NCBI GenBank assembly: GCA_036867785.1
Contig: CP145414.1
Location: 930,001-994,000, forward strand
Reading direction: 5' to 3'
DNA: 64,000 nt
From: Plasmodiophora brassicae
Lineage: Eukaryota
The notes under the pieces are model-generated. The model saw only the letters and a list, made by a program, of their open reading frames with translations. It did no database searches and was not told the DNA's origin. Each line of letters opens with the position of its first letter. Position 1 is the first letter of the stretch. The position numbers were made by a program, and so were the translations under genes. Below are positions 1 to 12,644 of this stretch, one piece after another.

Positions 1-109
1 GTATGAACCGCATGGTCAAGCGGGTTCACGGTCGTATTAGCCGGCAGTGGCCCGGGGCAACGTGCGCCTCGCGTTCATTCATTGGTGTAGGCGCGCGCGG
101 GCGCTAATA

Positions 110-988
110 ATGACGGTGGTCGACGTGATCCTGGCCGGGTGCTGGCGGTTCTACCTGTCGTACGGGAACGGACGGCAGTTGGCGTACATGGTGCCCGGCG
201 GCGGCCTGGCCGCCCAGTACGACAACGAAGGCGCCTGGGTGCGTTCGTACGCCGACGTGACGGCGTTCTGGAGGCTGGCGCAGCGATACGGCAGGACCGA
301 GGAGGCGCGCCCCTACATGGAGCACGCCCTGGAACGGTACCCTTCTGCCAGCCTGCAGAGTCGCGCCACACGCCTCTCCATGATCATGGCCTACCGCGGC
401 ATGGACGCGCCCGATGCCGTTGCCCTGCGTCAGCATCTGCGGCCGGTGGCGCCCGGCATCTACGACGCGTGCGACCTGTCGTTCTCCAACCCGCAGATCG
501 TCCTCGCGTTAGTCCAGGGTGGGGATCGCCAGGCGGCGCGGGAATTCGTGGCGTCAGCGAGGCGCTGGATCGCGCACCCGCTCAGACGTCATGGCGTGTT
601 CGCTGCCAATTGGGTCGGGCGCGCGCTCACCGCCTGCCAGGAACTCGTGCCCGAGCTTCGGGAACCCGTTGCGAATCTAACGAGGGCGTATGTCCTCCCG
701 GTCCTGATGTCCAGTCGCCGGGCCTCGCTCACAGCGGACGCCTGTGCGCTGACCGGCCTGCTGGCGGTTGCTGACGTGATCGCCGAGGACCGCGACCGCA
801 TCCGCCAGTACGTTGCCGACCGGTTCGCGCTTATCGCGCGGCACCAACGCGACGACGGCGGGTTCCCGTACCACTACGACGGGACGTACGTCAGGACCGA
901 TGTGACAACCCATGTCGTGGAGGTCGCGCTGGGCCTCGCCAGGCTCGCCAGTGAAAGTGCCCGCCCGCCCGAACCAGTAAACGGCTAG
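110..988 (+). CDS. Intronless hypothetical protein, probable alpha/alpha-toroid (prenyltransferase/six-hairpin-like) fold
   Basis: Uninterrupted ORF with coding-like GC3 bias and ATG at 110. Helical, Ala/Leu-rich. QW-like motif HQRDDGGF followed by RTDVTTHV near the C-terminus. Confidence 0.55.
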   Translation: MTVVDVILAGCWRFYLSYGNGRQLAYMVPGGGLAAQYDNEGAWVRSYADVTAFWRLAQRYGRTEEARPYMEHALERYPSASLQSRATRLSMIMAYRGMDAPDAVALRQHLRPVAPGIYDACDLSFSNPQIVLALVQGGDRQAAREFVASARRWIAHPLRRHGVFAANWVGRALTACQELVPELREPVANLTRAYVLPVLMSSRRASLTADACALTGLLAVADVIAEDRDRIRQYVADRFALIARHQRDDGGFPYHYDGTYVRTDVTTHVVEVALGLARLASESARPPEPVNG

Positions 989-1149
989 GTGCACACGATC
1001 GTCGCCGGGACGAGCTCTGTCTGGCCTGCCAGTCTGGGCTCGGGACGGAACACGAGTGCGGTTCAGCTTCATCAGGAATGCCATGACGGCGGGCTGGTGT
1101 GACGCGTCCGACCGCGCTTCGCGTGCCTGGTTGGTCGTCACCTGCTGTG

Positions 1150-2588
1150 CTAGTGGCCCGCCGCGCTGCCTCGTTTGCTGTCTGTACGTGCTGGTTTGCT
1201 GCTGCTGGTCGCTGGGATGCTGTTGGCACCTGCTAGACCCGCGCTGACGGTGACCCGTTTCATGGGGGCGCCCGCCGTCGTGCCGGTCGTTGCCGATCGC
1301 GTGATGCACCCCGCCCACTTATCGGTGATCGATCGAGGGTGCACTAGGTTGATCGCGCCAAAGAGCGACATCACCGACGTCGCCAGGCACTGTATCCCGC
1401 GAACCAGCAGGGACGCCCATGGCGACACGAACTGTGTCGCCACGAACACGATATGGGCAACAAGGATGATCCAGCCGCAGGTCGCCCCGATGCGGTACCG
1501 CCAGGCGAATCGGACGCGTTTCGTCTTCTCCTCGGCGGGCAGGTTCAGCTTGGCCGCATTGCCCACCAGGCTCCTCGTGACGCCACGAACGCTGCACGTG
1601 TTCATTGCCGACAGGACAACGTTCGGGGCCATCAGCACCGCATGGGTGGCGACAACCCCCAACGGTATCGCGCCCATCGCCGCGAACACCATCGGTAGTA
1701 CCAGTGTGGGGATCGCGAATATCGCTGCCGACGACACCATCGCTTTGCGGGTCCTGATCTCGCGCCGCGACACGCTCGCGTTGGCGTTGGCGTTCGCCGC
1801 CAGTAGCGCCAGACCGCCTGTGATGCGGAACACGTACAGGTACCCGTACTCAGCGTACGTGAAGAAGAGCAACGCGGGCCACAGGACACCCTGGCCATGG
1901 GCGAGCGCAATGTTGCCGGCGTGGACGATGCCGGACACGTGCAGGAACAGCAGCCCAGACATCTGCAGGGCCTGCAGGAGCGGGACGCGCCTCAGGTGGC
2001 CATCGGCGTCGATCAGGAAGCCGGAGATCTTGAACAGGACGACGGTGACGGCCGCGGCGTACACCACCGTTGTGAAGCCATAGACGACCTGGACGACGGC
2101 GCTGGTGATAACGGGGCCAACAGGGTTCCCGAATTCGCCAGCGGATACGTGGACGAACGTGTAGGGTCGTTGCGCAAGCCGCCCAGGTTGCCGTTGCTGA
2201 TGGCGAGCAGAGGGATGGACACGCGGGTCGTGGTCCGATACTGCCAGGCCGCCAGCTCGACCGCCGTCTGCAGGAGCGTCCCGGCGGACGCCTCGTGGTA
2301 GAACACGAGGGCCGAGCAACGGGCTGGCCCGCAGGCGCGTACCCATCTGTCGATGTCGACAGCGAGGTCGTCGAACCCGACGAACACGATTCGCCCATCG
2401 GCGACTGACAGGTCTCCGACGTCGCCTGCGAACAAGGTCGTCGTGTTGGCCGCAGGTCGTCCCGCTGGGCTGATGGAAAACTCGTACGCAGCGATAACGT
2501 TTTCGACGTTGCCGGTGTTGAACGTCAGCGCGCGCGCCGTCCAGGCGGGTGCAATGATGGCCAGAGCCGCCCACGCCCTGATATGCAT
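1150..2588 (-). CDS. Signal peptide + PA-like extracellular domain + ~7 TM helices (GPCR-like); apparent 1-bp frameshift near 2165
   Basis: ORF 2013..2588 gives a hydrophobic leader and the PA-type ending VSIPLLAIS. ORF 1150..2574 gives about 7 hydrophobic segments. The frames join at N-D-P-Y if one C is added to AACGACCCTAC. Confidence 0.6.
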
Positions 2589-2717
2589 ACCTACCTAGCG
2601 GTACTATGCAGAGTACGATCGCCGCCTCGGGGATCCAGCAGTGTGGTACATGCCTGCTGGACCATCAGCAGCGACCGGCATGTCTGCCAAGACGAGAGGC
2701 CCGGGTCGTCGATGCGT

Positions 2718-4618
2718 TTATTTGAATCTGTCGAGAACGTGCTCGACATGGGTCTCGTCATGGGACGGCGCAGGAGCCTGCGTGCCGGCCGGGTTGGACG
2801 GGGCCGACCCCTTGGCTTCGGCCGCCTTCAGTTTCCGTAACGCCCACTTCTTCGACGAGGCGCTGCGCCCACGCCGTTTGTTCTTCAGCTTGAGTTTGTG
2901 GGTCGACGGCCCGCCCTCGTCATCGTCGCTGCTGCTCTCTTCCCTGGCAATCGTCGTCGACTTCGCCGGCCGAACCGTCCCGACGACGGATTTGTCCAGC
3001 GTGATCATGTCCGGCTGCAACTTGTCCAGCAAGCGCTTGACTTCCACTTCACGACGCTGCGCCTTCGTCTCGAACGGGTTCGCCTCGAACGCGTCATAGT
3101 TCGCTTCGCCGCTGCCCGGCACCACGATCGACGAGAACCCGGACGAGTGGCCGATGCCGAGGACATCGTTGTGCGGGCAGAAGCGGACGCGGTCGACGTG
3201 CGATCCATGAATCTGGTGCGTCATGTACAGCGCGTTGTCCTTCAGGATCTGAAGCTCCGAGTTGACTCCCAGCGCCATCAGGCCGGATTGCGAGATGTCG
3301 ATCGAATGGGCCGGCGCGAACGTTCGCCATTCCTTCACGAGGCCGTACGTGCGCAAATCCCAAATCGCGACGCGCCCTTCCGAACCCGACGTCGCCATGG
3401 TGTACCCGTCTCGACCGATGGCGACCGCTTGCACGGGACCTGGAGGACCATTCAGCTCAGCAGCAATTGCCGGAACCGTTTCCATGCGCTGCAGACCTTT
3501 GTGACACAGCATGGTGACCACTGGTGTCGTGATGTTCGGTGTCCAGAGCGTAACGACACCTTTGCTGTGGCCGACGTGGACGACAGCGTTGGTCGGGTTG
3601 TGCGCGAGAACATCGGAAGGCCCCTTCCGTGTCCTGTGTTCACATACGATGGCGCCCGTGGAGACGTCTTGATATTTGAGGTAGCCGCTCTTGCCAATCG
3701 ATAAGAGCAGAAAGTGATACGGAAGGAAATCGATGCGGTTGACATCGATGTGGTTTCGCAGACAGTGGATCTCGATACCCTTGTTGTCGTAAATGTACAC
3801 GTACTTCTTTTGGGCGACGGCGTGCATCGTATGGTTGTGCAGGAATCTGAAAACGCACGTCGGCTTCAGTACTACATGATCCGACAGTTACAGGCTGGCG
3901 CGTACTTCACGTCACGAACGGTCTCGTTCACGAATATCTCCGATTCCAGCTTGAACGAGTTCCAATCCATCAAAGCAATGTGGCCCTTTCTGCCGCCCAG
4001 CAGCAGATGATTCCCGTTTCGGCTGTAATTGATACTGTAAGGACCCAGATCGAGGGACAGGTCGAACACCTAAGAAAGGTTGGTTGGGCAGATCGAGGAC
4101 CACGATTTGGGCGCCGAGAGTACCTTATCAGCGTTCTGCCTGTCAAGGCATGCAACCAGATCCGCTTGCCGAATCCGGTAGGACTTCTCGAGCCCCTCTG
4201 TCTCGATGAACCTGTCCAGACGGTTCAACATGACACCTCAGACGAACGCCAATGGACAACGATACCCTGGTTGCTCAGTGAGAAGGAGCTCTGCTCGGAC
4301 AGCCTTCTCATGCACCGAGCGGGCCAGCGACTCCTGGGTTAGCAACGTCCGCTTCAGCTTCTTATTCGGGACCGCGCGAATGTCCTACAGCCCCGATGGT
4401 TCGTAAACTATTGCCGGACCAGTGACGCGCCCATCGTGTCTGACCTTCCTTGTAATCGCGTCGCCGTACGCATACTTCTGGGCAACGGCTTTACGAGCAA
4501 TCCGATCCTGTTTGCTCAGCGGGGGCAAACGTTCCCGCTTCTTTGGGGCAGGCCGCCCGGGCCGCAACTCGGTGACACATTCTTCCCTGAAGCTGATGAC
4601 TTCAGCGTCGGCGCCCAT
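2718..4618 (-). CDS. WDR46: WD40 SSU-processome protein WDR46/Utp7 (BING4 C-terminal domain), multi-exon
   Basis: LGPYSINYSRNGNHLLLGGRKGH, AVAQKKYVYIYD..GIEIHCL, PGSGEANYDAFEANPFETKAQRREVEVKRLLDKLQP. Confidence 0.93.
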
Positions 4619-4822
4619 TACTCGAGTCCGTGGCGGAGTCCGCCAAAGTCCGCAGCGCACCCTCCACGTTCACTTACCGAGTAGGTAGGGCCTCTTCTGA
4701 AAATTGAACGAATACGCCGCTCTAAAAGGCATCGAACAGGAAACAGAACATGTTCGATATCGCGTATCCGGCCGTCCTACACTGGACCATGAATTTATTC
4801 CGTGTCTAGGGAAGAATACCAG

Positions 4823-7800
4823 TCATGTTATTGTGTCGTGCAGGTCGCTGACGGTCCGCTCGAGTTGCGATTTGCCCGACTCGGCATCATCTGCAAACAG
4901 CGACGCCTTACTGGCCTGGGATGCCACCAATTTCCTGGATTTGAACATGAGCGGCCTTCTGATGCTAGCGCTGGACGCGTCTTGCTCATGTGCTGGTCCG
5001 GAGGCGGTAGACGGGCTCCCCGCAGGTGTCATCGCCGACGCCCCACTCGCTGCACTGCTGACACTGCTTCGAGACGTGATTGAAAACAACTGCAGACTGG
5101 GAAGGATGTTGGTCGGAAGCGGAGAACCCCCGTCCGCGTTCAGCAACGACATCCCTTTGGCCGACGGCATCGACTTCAACGACGGCGGCAACGACCTGCG
5201 TTCCCATGGCTTAGGTCCACCTGTCGTCGTCCCCAGCTCGACGCGAACACGTACCTCTCGGACGTGTTTCGTTGAACGATTTGCTTCCTGCGGGCCTTGG
5301 GCCTGACAGGCGCAATTGGAAGCTGAATGCGAACCGCCACCGCGTGCCGCTCGATATCGTTCCGGAACGATTCCATCGTCAGGCGGAACGCTTCCTGGTA
5401 CTTGTCCACAATGGATTTCTCCAAGGCGACCCGCGCCGGCCACGATCTAGATGCGTAGTGGTCGCGCTAACCGATTGTCAACGCCGGTGATGGCGCGCCT
5501 GGCATGCGTGTCCTGTTACCGCTTTCAGGCAGACGTGGCACATGGCGATCGTGGTGCCGATGGCGGCGCCGAACTCAATGGCGTCGACCTTGTCCAGGCA
5601 CGATTTACAGACGGCCCGTGAACAGATTCGACACGTTCGCCGCTTATTGAACAGATTGAACGTCTTGAAGCACAGGTCGCAGGCCGCTGGGTTCGGCGGC
5701 GACGGTTTCCTGCAGCGGGTTGTTTCAGTTCGCCATGCGCGCCTGGCCGGTCCCCTCAGGCTATGCAGTACCGAACAGCAGCCGGGACGGGTTCGACGAC
5801 AACCAGGCCGGGGCAGAACTCGCTGCACATCATGACGAAGGCAGAGCGCTCCCGGGACGTCTTGAACAGGTACTCGCTGATCTTCCCGCCCTCGAACATG
5901 GCCGTGCACAGGTACTGCCGTCAAGCCTCAGCGACGACGCGTCGTACACCTTCCCGCGTGCGCCCTACCGGGAACTTGGCCTGATGCTGCCTGCGTACGT
6001 TCAGGAGGCGAGTCGTCTCCAGGAAGGGGATCTCGGCGGTCGTGCCACCCTGGTCCCCCTGGCCGTTGTCCGCACCCGCTGCGTTGCTGTTCGCGGTGTC
6101 AGGTTGGACGACGATGTAGAGGCGCGTGAGCAGCTTGGCGAACTGGATGTCGGCGACGTCTCGCCCCTGCGGTGGATGGCGTCACGTCGCGCCGCCCAGT
6201 GTGTGCCATTGTCCGTTTCAGCGTACCTTGTACCAGAGCATGGCTCGGCAGACGCAATCGGACGGCGGGTGCACGCGATCCTGCGGGTTCCTGATGATCG
6301 TCGGCACGTTGCTCGATGGTTCCTGCGGGTCCAGGTTCCGCGACGTGTTCGTTCGGCGGTTCAGCAGCACCGGCTTCAACTAGATTGGGGCAGAGCAGCG
6401 GTCAGCGTGTCGTCGCGCGCGTTCCCCACCCGCACCAGCTGACATCGTTCGAGTTGCGCCCCGTGTGCGTTTCGGGCTGATAATCGCCAATCGTGTGCGT
6501 GTGCAACGGGAAGTTCTCACATTCGAGGTGCAATTCCGCCCAGTCGGCCTTGGCAGCGTTCAGGTTGCACATCACCTGGAACGAGTACAGGCTGGCCGGT
6601 TTCCGCAGCGACGCCGACCGTCGTTGCTCCTTCAGGAGCTGGCCCTCGATCTGGCCCTGCGCCGCGACCGCTCAGCGAGGCCGGCAGGGAACGCGTTGAC
6701 AACACAACGGCGCGCACCTGGACGTACTGGTCCCACTGCTTCTTGTCGGTGACGGTGAACCCCTTGAACGTCCGCCCCGACTCGAACAGGCGCCTGGAGA
6801 TGATCGTCGACAGCGCCGCCTTGTCGTTGCGGACGTGGACGTTCTCCAGGAAGTGGATGACGTGCTCCAAGTACCGCACCTCCTCCCGCAGGCCGCTGCG
6901 CGACGACGTCTCAGCACCGAACCTGGGCGCCCACTTGACGGTCGCCGCCATGCCGACCCACCTATACGGGTTCGTCCGCTTCGAGTCGCTGTAGTCGCTG
7001 ACCGCCATGGTCGGCAGGAGTTCGTCGCGCACCCGGGTGATCAGGCGCAGGAGCGAAGTCGCTAGGATCAGGTCCAGGGACTGGCCGTTGCCCGGGTCCA
7101 GGTGCAGGCCGACCTTGCGCTGCGTGGCCCTGAAATCGAATTCGCCGAGCTCGGCCAGGCACTCGGTGACCGGCGGCTTCGACGGCTTCCGCTGCAGGTG
7201 ACGGCTCGGCGACGTGGCCTTCTGGACCGCATCGGCATCGTCCATAGAATCCTCGTCGACCTGACGCTCGCGACGTTCCTGTCGGCGCGCCTGAAGCGAC
7301 CCGGTCAGCAGCAGGCGGCGTGGAGCGGGCCCTCCACGATGGTACCCGTCGGAGCGTGTCGGTCCACAGCTTGCAGGCCTGCGTCTCGTCTTCGTACGAG
7401 AGCGGCAGGAAGAAGATGAATTCGTCGACGGCGGTGCAGAGCGCCAGGATGTTGTCGAAGAGCGGGTGCCCGGCTGTGCAGGCGCGCAGCAGGTCGAAGT
7501 CGGCCGCGAGACGAACGATCAGCTGGTCCAGCGTCGAGTAAAAGATCCACGCCGCGTATATGTCCCATCGATGCACGGCTTTCAGCGCTCTGCAACCCGT
7601 CACCCACGTCAGAGGATCGTCAGGCGCGGGCACACTACATCCGTCGACGTTTACTTGGCCATCATCATCACGTGGTTGCAGAGTTGCTGGCCCGTTGGCT
7701 CGGACCCCACCGCCCCTGTTATCCACCTGCAGAAGGCGGGGTGTGGGCACGTGCGCCGCCGTCCACGACGACGAATCACGACGCGTCGTACCTGTACTGG

Positions 7801-9073
7801 ATGACGAGGACCAGGTCCATGTACGTCCAGAGCCTGTGGAGGCAGCTGGGCGCGACGCCGTTCGCTGCGCCAAGGTCGGCCCAGTTCGTCAGCAGGTTGG
7901 CGAACGGGTTCATGGCCTGGTTCTCCTCCGCCTGATCATCCCGCGTCTCGTCAGTACCCGTCTGGGGGCGTGGGCGCCCGACCCGAACACACGCCCGACC
8001 GCAAACAGGCGCTCCATGCCCTGCGCCAGGTAGACCTGCCAGGGGATGGCCGTGCAGCAGTAATGCAACCAGGCGGACGCGGGCGTGCCCATGTGCTCCA
8101 GGAACCTGGCCAGCAGGTCCGACCCGGCCGTCGAGAACGACGCCCTGGACGTGCAGAACAGCAGCGCGCCGACCTGGAGGGAACGCGCGTTGACCGTTCA
8201 GCGCGCGCGTCGGTGCGTTCGGCAGGCGCCGCGCGCCCCCCGTACCTGCTCCGGATACCCGCCGGACACGACGAGGTCGAACACGCTCTGGAAGACGATG
8301 TCGGGGACGACGGTGTCGTTGAACAGGCCCTGGAGGACGTCGACGAGGAGCAGGTCGGCCGGGATCGTCGTCTGGTCCAGCATCTGGGCGGCGGAGCAGA
8401 GCGCGACGGCCCGGCGGCCGATCCGCGCCATCTTCATGATGACGGCGCAGACCAGCTCGCACTGGCCGACGTCGTCGTCCTGGAAGCAGGCCCGCAGGGC
8501 GCGCGACGTCCCTGACGACAGCAGCGTCTTGCCGAAGAACCAGGCGCAGAGCGGGTCGGCGCGCCGACCCGCGTGGCACGAACAGGGCCGGTGCACGATC
8601 AGGGCGTTGTCGTACGCCTTCAGCTCGGATGACAGCAGCTTCAGCCGCCAGACGTCGGTGCACTCGGCGCCGACCTTGTTCGCCGCCTTGACCAGCGCGG
8701 CGTACCTGGCGCTGTACGGCGACAGGTCCACCCAGGCCTGCGGACGTTGTTCGTCAGCGACGAACGTTCACCGCACGGCGCGCGCCCGCCAGACCTGATG
8801 CAGAGCCGTCACTGTCGCCGCCGACGAGTTCATCTGCGACAGCGTCGTCGATTTCGGTCGGGCGCTGCTCATGGCGAGGACGGCGGCGACCCGTTTCTTG
8901 CGCTGCTTGGCGGTCAGGTACCCGGCCCGGATCTGGTCGAGCAACGCCGACGGCAGAGGCGGCCGGGCGGCGGCGCTGTCCCGGGACGGGTGCGCGCTGA
9001 TGGGCGCCGGCGGATGCGACGTCGTCCCCCTCCGGGACGGCGAGTCCAGGTCGCGACCCGCCTGCCCCGACAT
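4823..9073 (-). CDS. Large multi-exon protein with a degenerate FYVE-type zinc finger near the C-terminus
   Basis: Chain of minus-strand exons separated by short GT-AG introns. CDLCFKTFNLFNKRRTCRICSRAVCKSC...CHVC at ~5530-5685. The 3' end and single-gene status are uncertain. Confidence 0.6.
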
Positions 9074-9560
9074 GAGGCACCGGAGGCGGCGATCACCCGC
9101 CCGTCACCCGCCTGGCTCAGATTCCTCTCACCGCACAGATATTTGTGCACCATTCCCGACCCTCGCAGGCGACGCATATCAAGGCCGGCCTGTCATGCGA
9201 CACCTTCGTGAAGGGGGCCCCCCTGCGACCCGCACACAGCCGGCACAAACACCTGCGGATCCAGGGCGGACGCAGGGGCCATCCCTGCTCCATTGTCGAT
9301 AGCAACGACCGACGACGGCGACACGTGCCTGTCGGGGCGTCTGGTCGTCCTGCACAGGGTGCCGCGTCCTGCATAGCTGTCGTACGAAGCGCGTCCTGGA
9401 CGCTGTACGTAGGGCCGCGTACACGCAAAGGGAAGCAGACGAGTCTGGCCTCGTCGGGGGGCGCGTGAAAGATATTCGGCTCACGTGTGGTCGCTCGGTA
9501 GTAGTGGAGATATCGTGTCCGGTGTACTGAATCGGCCGGCCGGTCGGCGTGGACGCCGTC

Positions 9561-11997
9561 ATGAAGGCGGCGTTCGAGCAGCTCGACCTGGACGACGTGC
9601 CCGACGACAAGTACCACACGTGGTCGGAGCCGTCGAGCACGAACCTGGAGGCCAGCGAGATCGGCGTCCTCGACAAGCTCAAATGCCTGCCGTACCACAA
9701 GGTGGGTCGCCGGGCCCGACCTGTGATGCATCTGCCTAACCCGTCGCCGTCCAGGGCCCCATCGACAGGGACGCCAGTTTCAACCTGATGCCATGCTACG
9801 AAGGTTACGTGCACATGCAGAGCGCGTCGACGTCGCTGATGATGTCGACCGATAACTGGAACCGGGTCTGGGTCGAGTTCTGCAACAACGTCCTGTACTA
9901 CCGGAGGCGCCAGGAGGACACGAAGAACGTCGGCGCGTACCCGGTGGCCTTCCTGCTCGCCGACGACTTCGCCAACGTCAAGTCGGCGCCCGACGACGAT
10001 GCAGACGATGACGACCTGAAGGCGAACCCGAAGTTCGAGGCGCACTACCTCGCGTACCTCGAGGAGGAGAAGGCGGAGAACATCCTGAAGGTCGTAACGC
10101 CACAGGTTGGCAGGCCGTGCTGTCCTCCACAGCGGAGCACCTGACGTCGTCGCCCGGCAGGACATCCTCATGCTGCGATGCGACTCGGTGGAACATCGCA
10201 GCCAGATCTCGGACGCGGTGCTGGGCCAGCTGCGCCCGTTCCTGGGCGAACAGCTGTGGCAGGAGAAGACCGTCGCCGCCCGCGACGCCCTGGTCCTGCT
10301 ACGGGCCCAGTTCGACGCGACCAAGACCTTCGTCCAGGTCATGCGGGAATCGCTGGCCGACTCCGGGTTCATCAGTAAGGGGCCGTCGCCGCTGCGACCT
10401 GTTGGCACGCCGAGCTGACGCTGATGTGTGCCTCTCTCTGGGCAGCCAGCGCCAGCGACCGCGTCGCCGACTACCTGACCGGGTCGCCGGACAGGTTCGG
10501 CAAACTGGACCTGCTGGTCGACGACGAGCTGACCTGGTCGCCCCGATACTTCGTCGTCGCCGACGGGCAACTGTCAGGCTGGGGTCATCCATGCAGCGCG
10601 CGCGTCGGATCTGACCCGCCTGGCGCGCCGCGCGATAGGATCTGGTCCCAGGACACGACCGCCAACTCGGTCGAGTCCTACGTGTCGCTGCGGTACGCGT
10701 CCGTCCTGTTCAGCTACGAGCACATCGCGGCAGGCCAGTGGGCCATCGAGATCAAGGTCCAGTGTGCCCCACACTGATCCCGTTGCCCGGCCGGGCCGCT
10801 GACCCTCCTGTGATGTTCAGACGCCGCTGCGCTCGATTCGGTGCGCCTGGGGATGAACGCGCGTCAGGCGATCGTGTGGTGACTGACGCGCGCCGTGCTA
10901 GGCTGAGGGCGAGACACGCGGTGGCGCTGGCCGAATGGATGGCCACGCTGGAGATCGTGATCCGCCGCATGAAGCAGGACACGAAGCGGACGCCGACCGG
11001 CCTGTTCCGGGCGATGATGCCCAAGTTCCCACAGCGGCCGGCGTCCAAGGAAGAATTCAGGGACGCGTTCGTGGCGAACCTCGACCGCGTCTGCCAGGCC
11101 AAGGTCGACTGCATGTCGCTGCAGGAGGTCTTGTCGGACGAGCGGACGCGCGACTTGTTCGTCGAGTTCCTATCGGGCATCAAGCACAACGACGTTCTGG
11201 ATTGCCTGGCGGCGATCTATGAGATGAAGAACCTGGCGCGGGAGCCCACAGACGACAAGGCGAAGCAGCTGAGCGAGCGCATCTATGCCATGTACCTGGG
11301 GATGTCGGCGCCCCGTCGCCTGGATCCGTCCCTGGTGGGCGAGCTCGACACGGCGGAGGACGACCTGTTCCACGCCAGCAGGCTGGTCAGGGCGTTGCGA
11401 TCGCAGCTGCGGAAGGACCTGGACCAGATGCGGACGCGGGCATCGTTCAGGGCCTACGTCCAGTCGACGATCAAGGCGACAGCACCGACGCTGGACGACG
11501 GTAGTGTGTTCGGGGGGAGAACCGGCACTGGCCTCTGACGATGCGATGTTCGAACAGGATCCGACCCGGCCGTGTTGAAGATGTCGCTGAGGATCGCCAC
11601 TGACGGGTCGACGTCGTGCGCCATGCATAAGCTGAGGGCGAAGGACGGGTCGATCACGATCGGGCGATCGTCCGCCAACGGCATCTGCCTCGTCGACGAC
11701 CAGAACGTATCCCGCAATCACGCCAGGATCAACATCCACCGGTCAAGTCGGTCGCTGCTGCGATTCCTCGGCGGCCCTGGCGCGCTCATTCGTTGCCCGT
11801 CAGGCTGCGAGATCGTTGACCTGGGGTCGACGGCCGGCACCTTCGTCAACGGCGTCCGCGTCGACCTCTCGCCGATCAAGCCGGGCGACGTGATCCGCAT
11901 CGGGAACACGACCATGACGGTGGAGGCACGCCCCAGCGGGCGCTTCCTCAGCACGCTGACCGGCGGCACGATCCCGTCCATGGCGATGTTCCAATAA
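9561..11997 (+). CDS. PH-PH-RGS-FHA signalling protein, multi-exon
   Basis: PH1 (YEGYVHMQ..WNRVWVEF..LYYRR), PH2 (RFGKL..WSPRYFVV..LRA..EWMATL), RGS-like (SLQEVLSDERTRDLFVEFL..IYAMYL), FHA (ITIGRS..VSRNHA..DLGSTAGTFVNG..PGDVIRIG). Confidence 0.75.
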
Positions 11998-12311
11998 CAT
12001 ACACAGGCGCGCCTCCGCGGCCGGCGTCCCATAACGGGCGCGCAGGCGCCGGTGCCCATAAGACAGGAATAGGGCGGCACGGGGCCGGCTAACAATCTTA
12101 ACCATCGCTGGCAGTTCATGTCGCTATTGACGGGCCGTTCCTGACCGTACGGTTCGCCAACGCGTGCCGAGCGTACACCGAGACCTATTCGTGACGCTTC
12201 TATACTGGAACACGGCGCTCTGCCCGTCGCCTTTGCTCCCGTTCCGGCTTCACACATTCCCACGGCAACATGCGCGTCCGCAAACGCAGACGGAAAGCGA
12301 ACGTGATCACT

Positions 12312-12638
12312 GTGGTTTCTGGTCGTCGCGGTCGACGACCATCTTGCGGAATGCGTCGACGATGATGGATTTCAGCTTGCCGTCGCCGCGGACGTGCTGG
12401 ACGGCGCGCGAAGGCCGCCAAAGTATTCGCCGCCGCCGATGAACACTTGCGGGACGGAGCGCCGCCCGGCGACGGACTCGACGGCGTTCATCAGCCTCTG
12501 GCGGTCCAGCTCGATGGCAACGACCACCTTCGTTTCGCCTGGGGTCCAACGAAACGTCAGCAATATCGCCCGGCAGCGGACGGGATCGGGGCACCGCTGT
12601 CGTTGTAGGTGACGAGCAGCTTCTTGATTTCGATGCAG
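12312..12638 (-). pseudogene. Truncated, frameshifted duplicate of the glutaredoxin gene at 14080-15100
   Basis: Near-identical to 14110-14450 including the intron. Truncated within the CPFC motif and carries small indels, including a +2 frameshift (cggcgcgcgaagg vs cggcgcgaagg). Confidence 0.85.
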
Positions 12639-12644
12639 ACAAAT

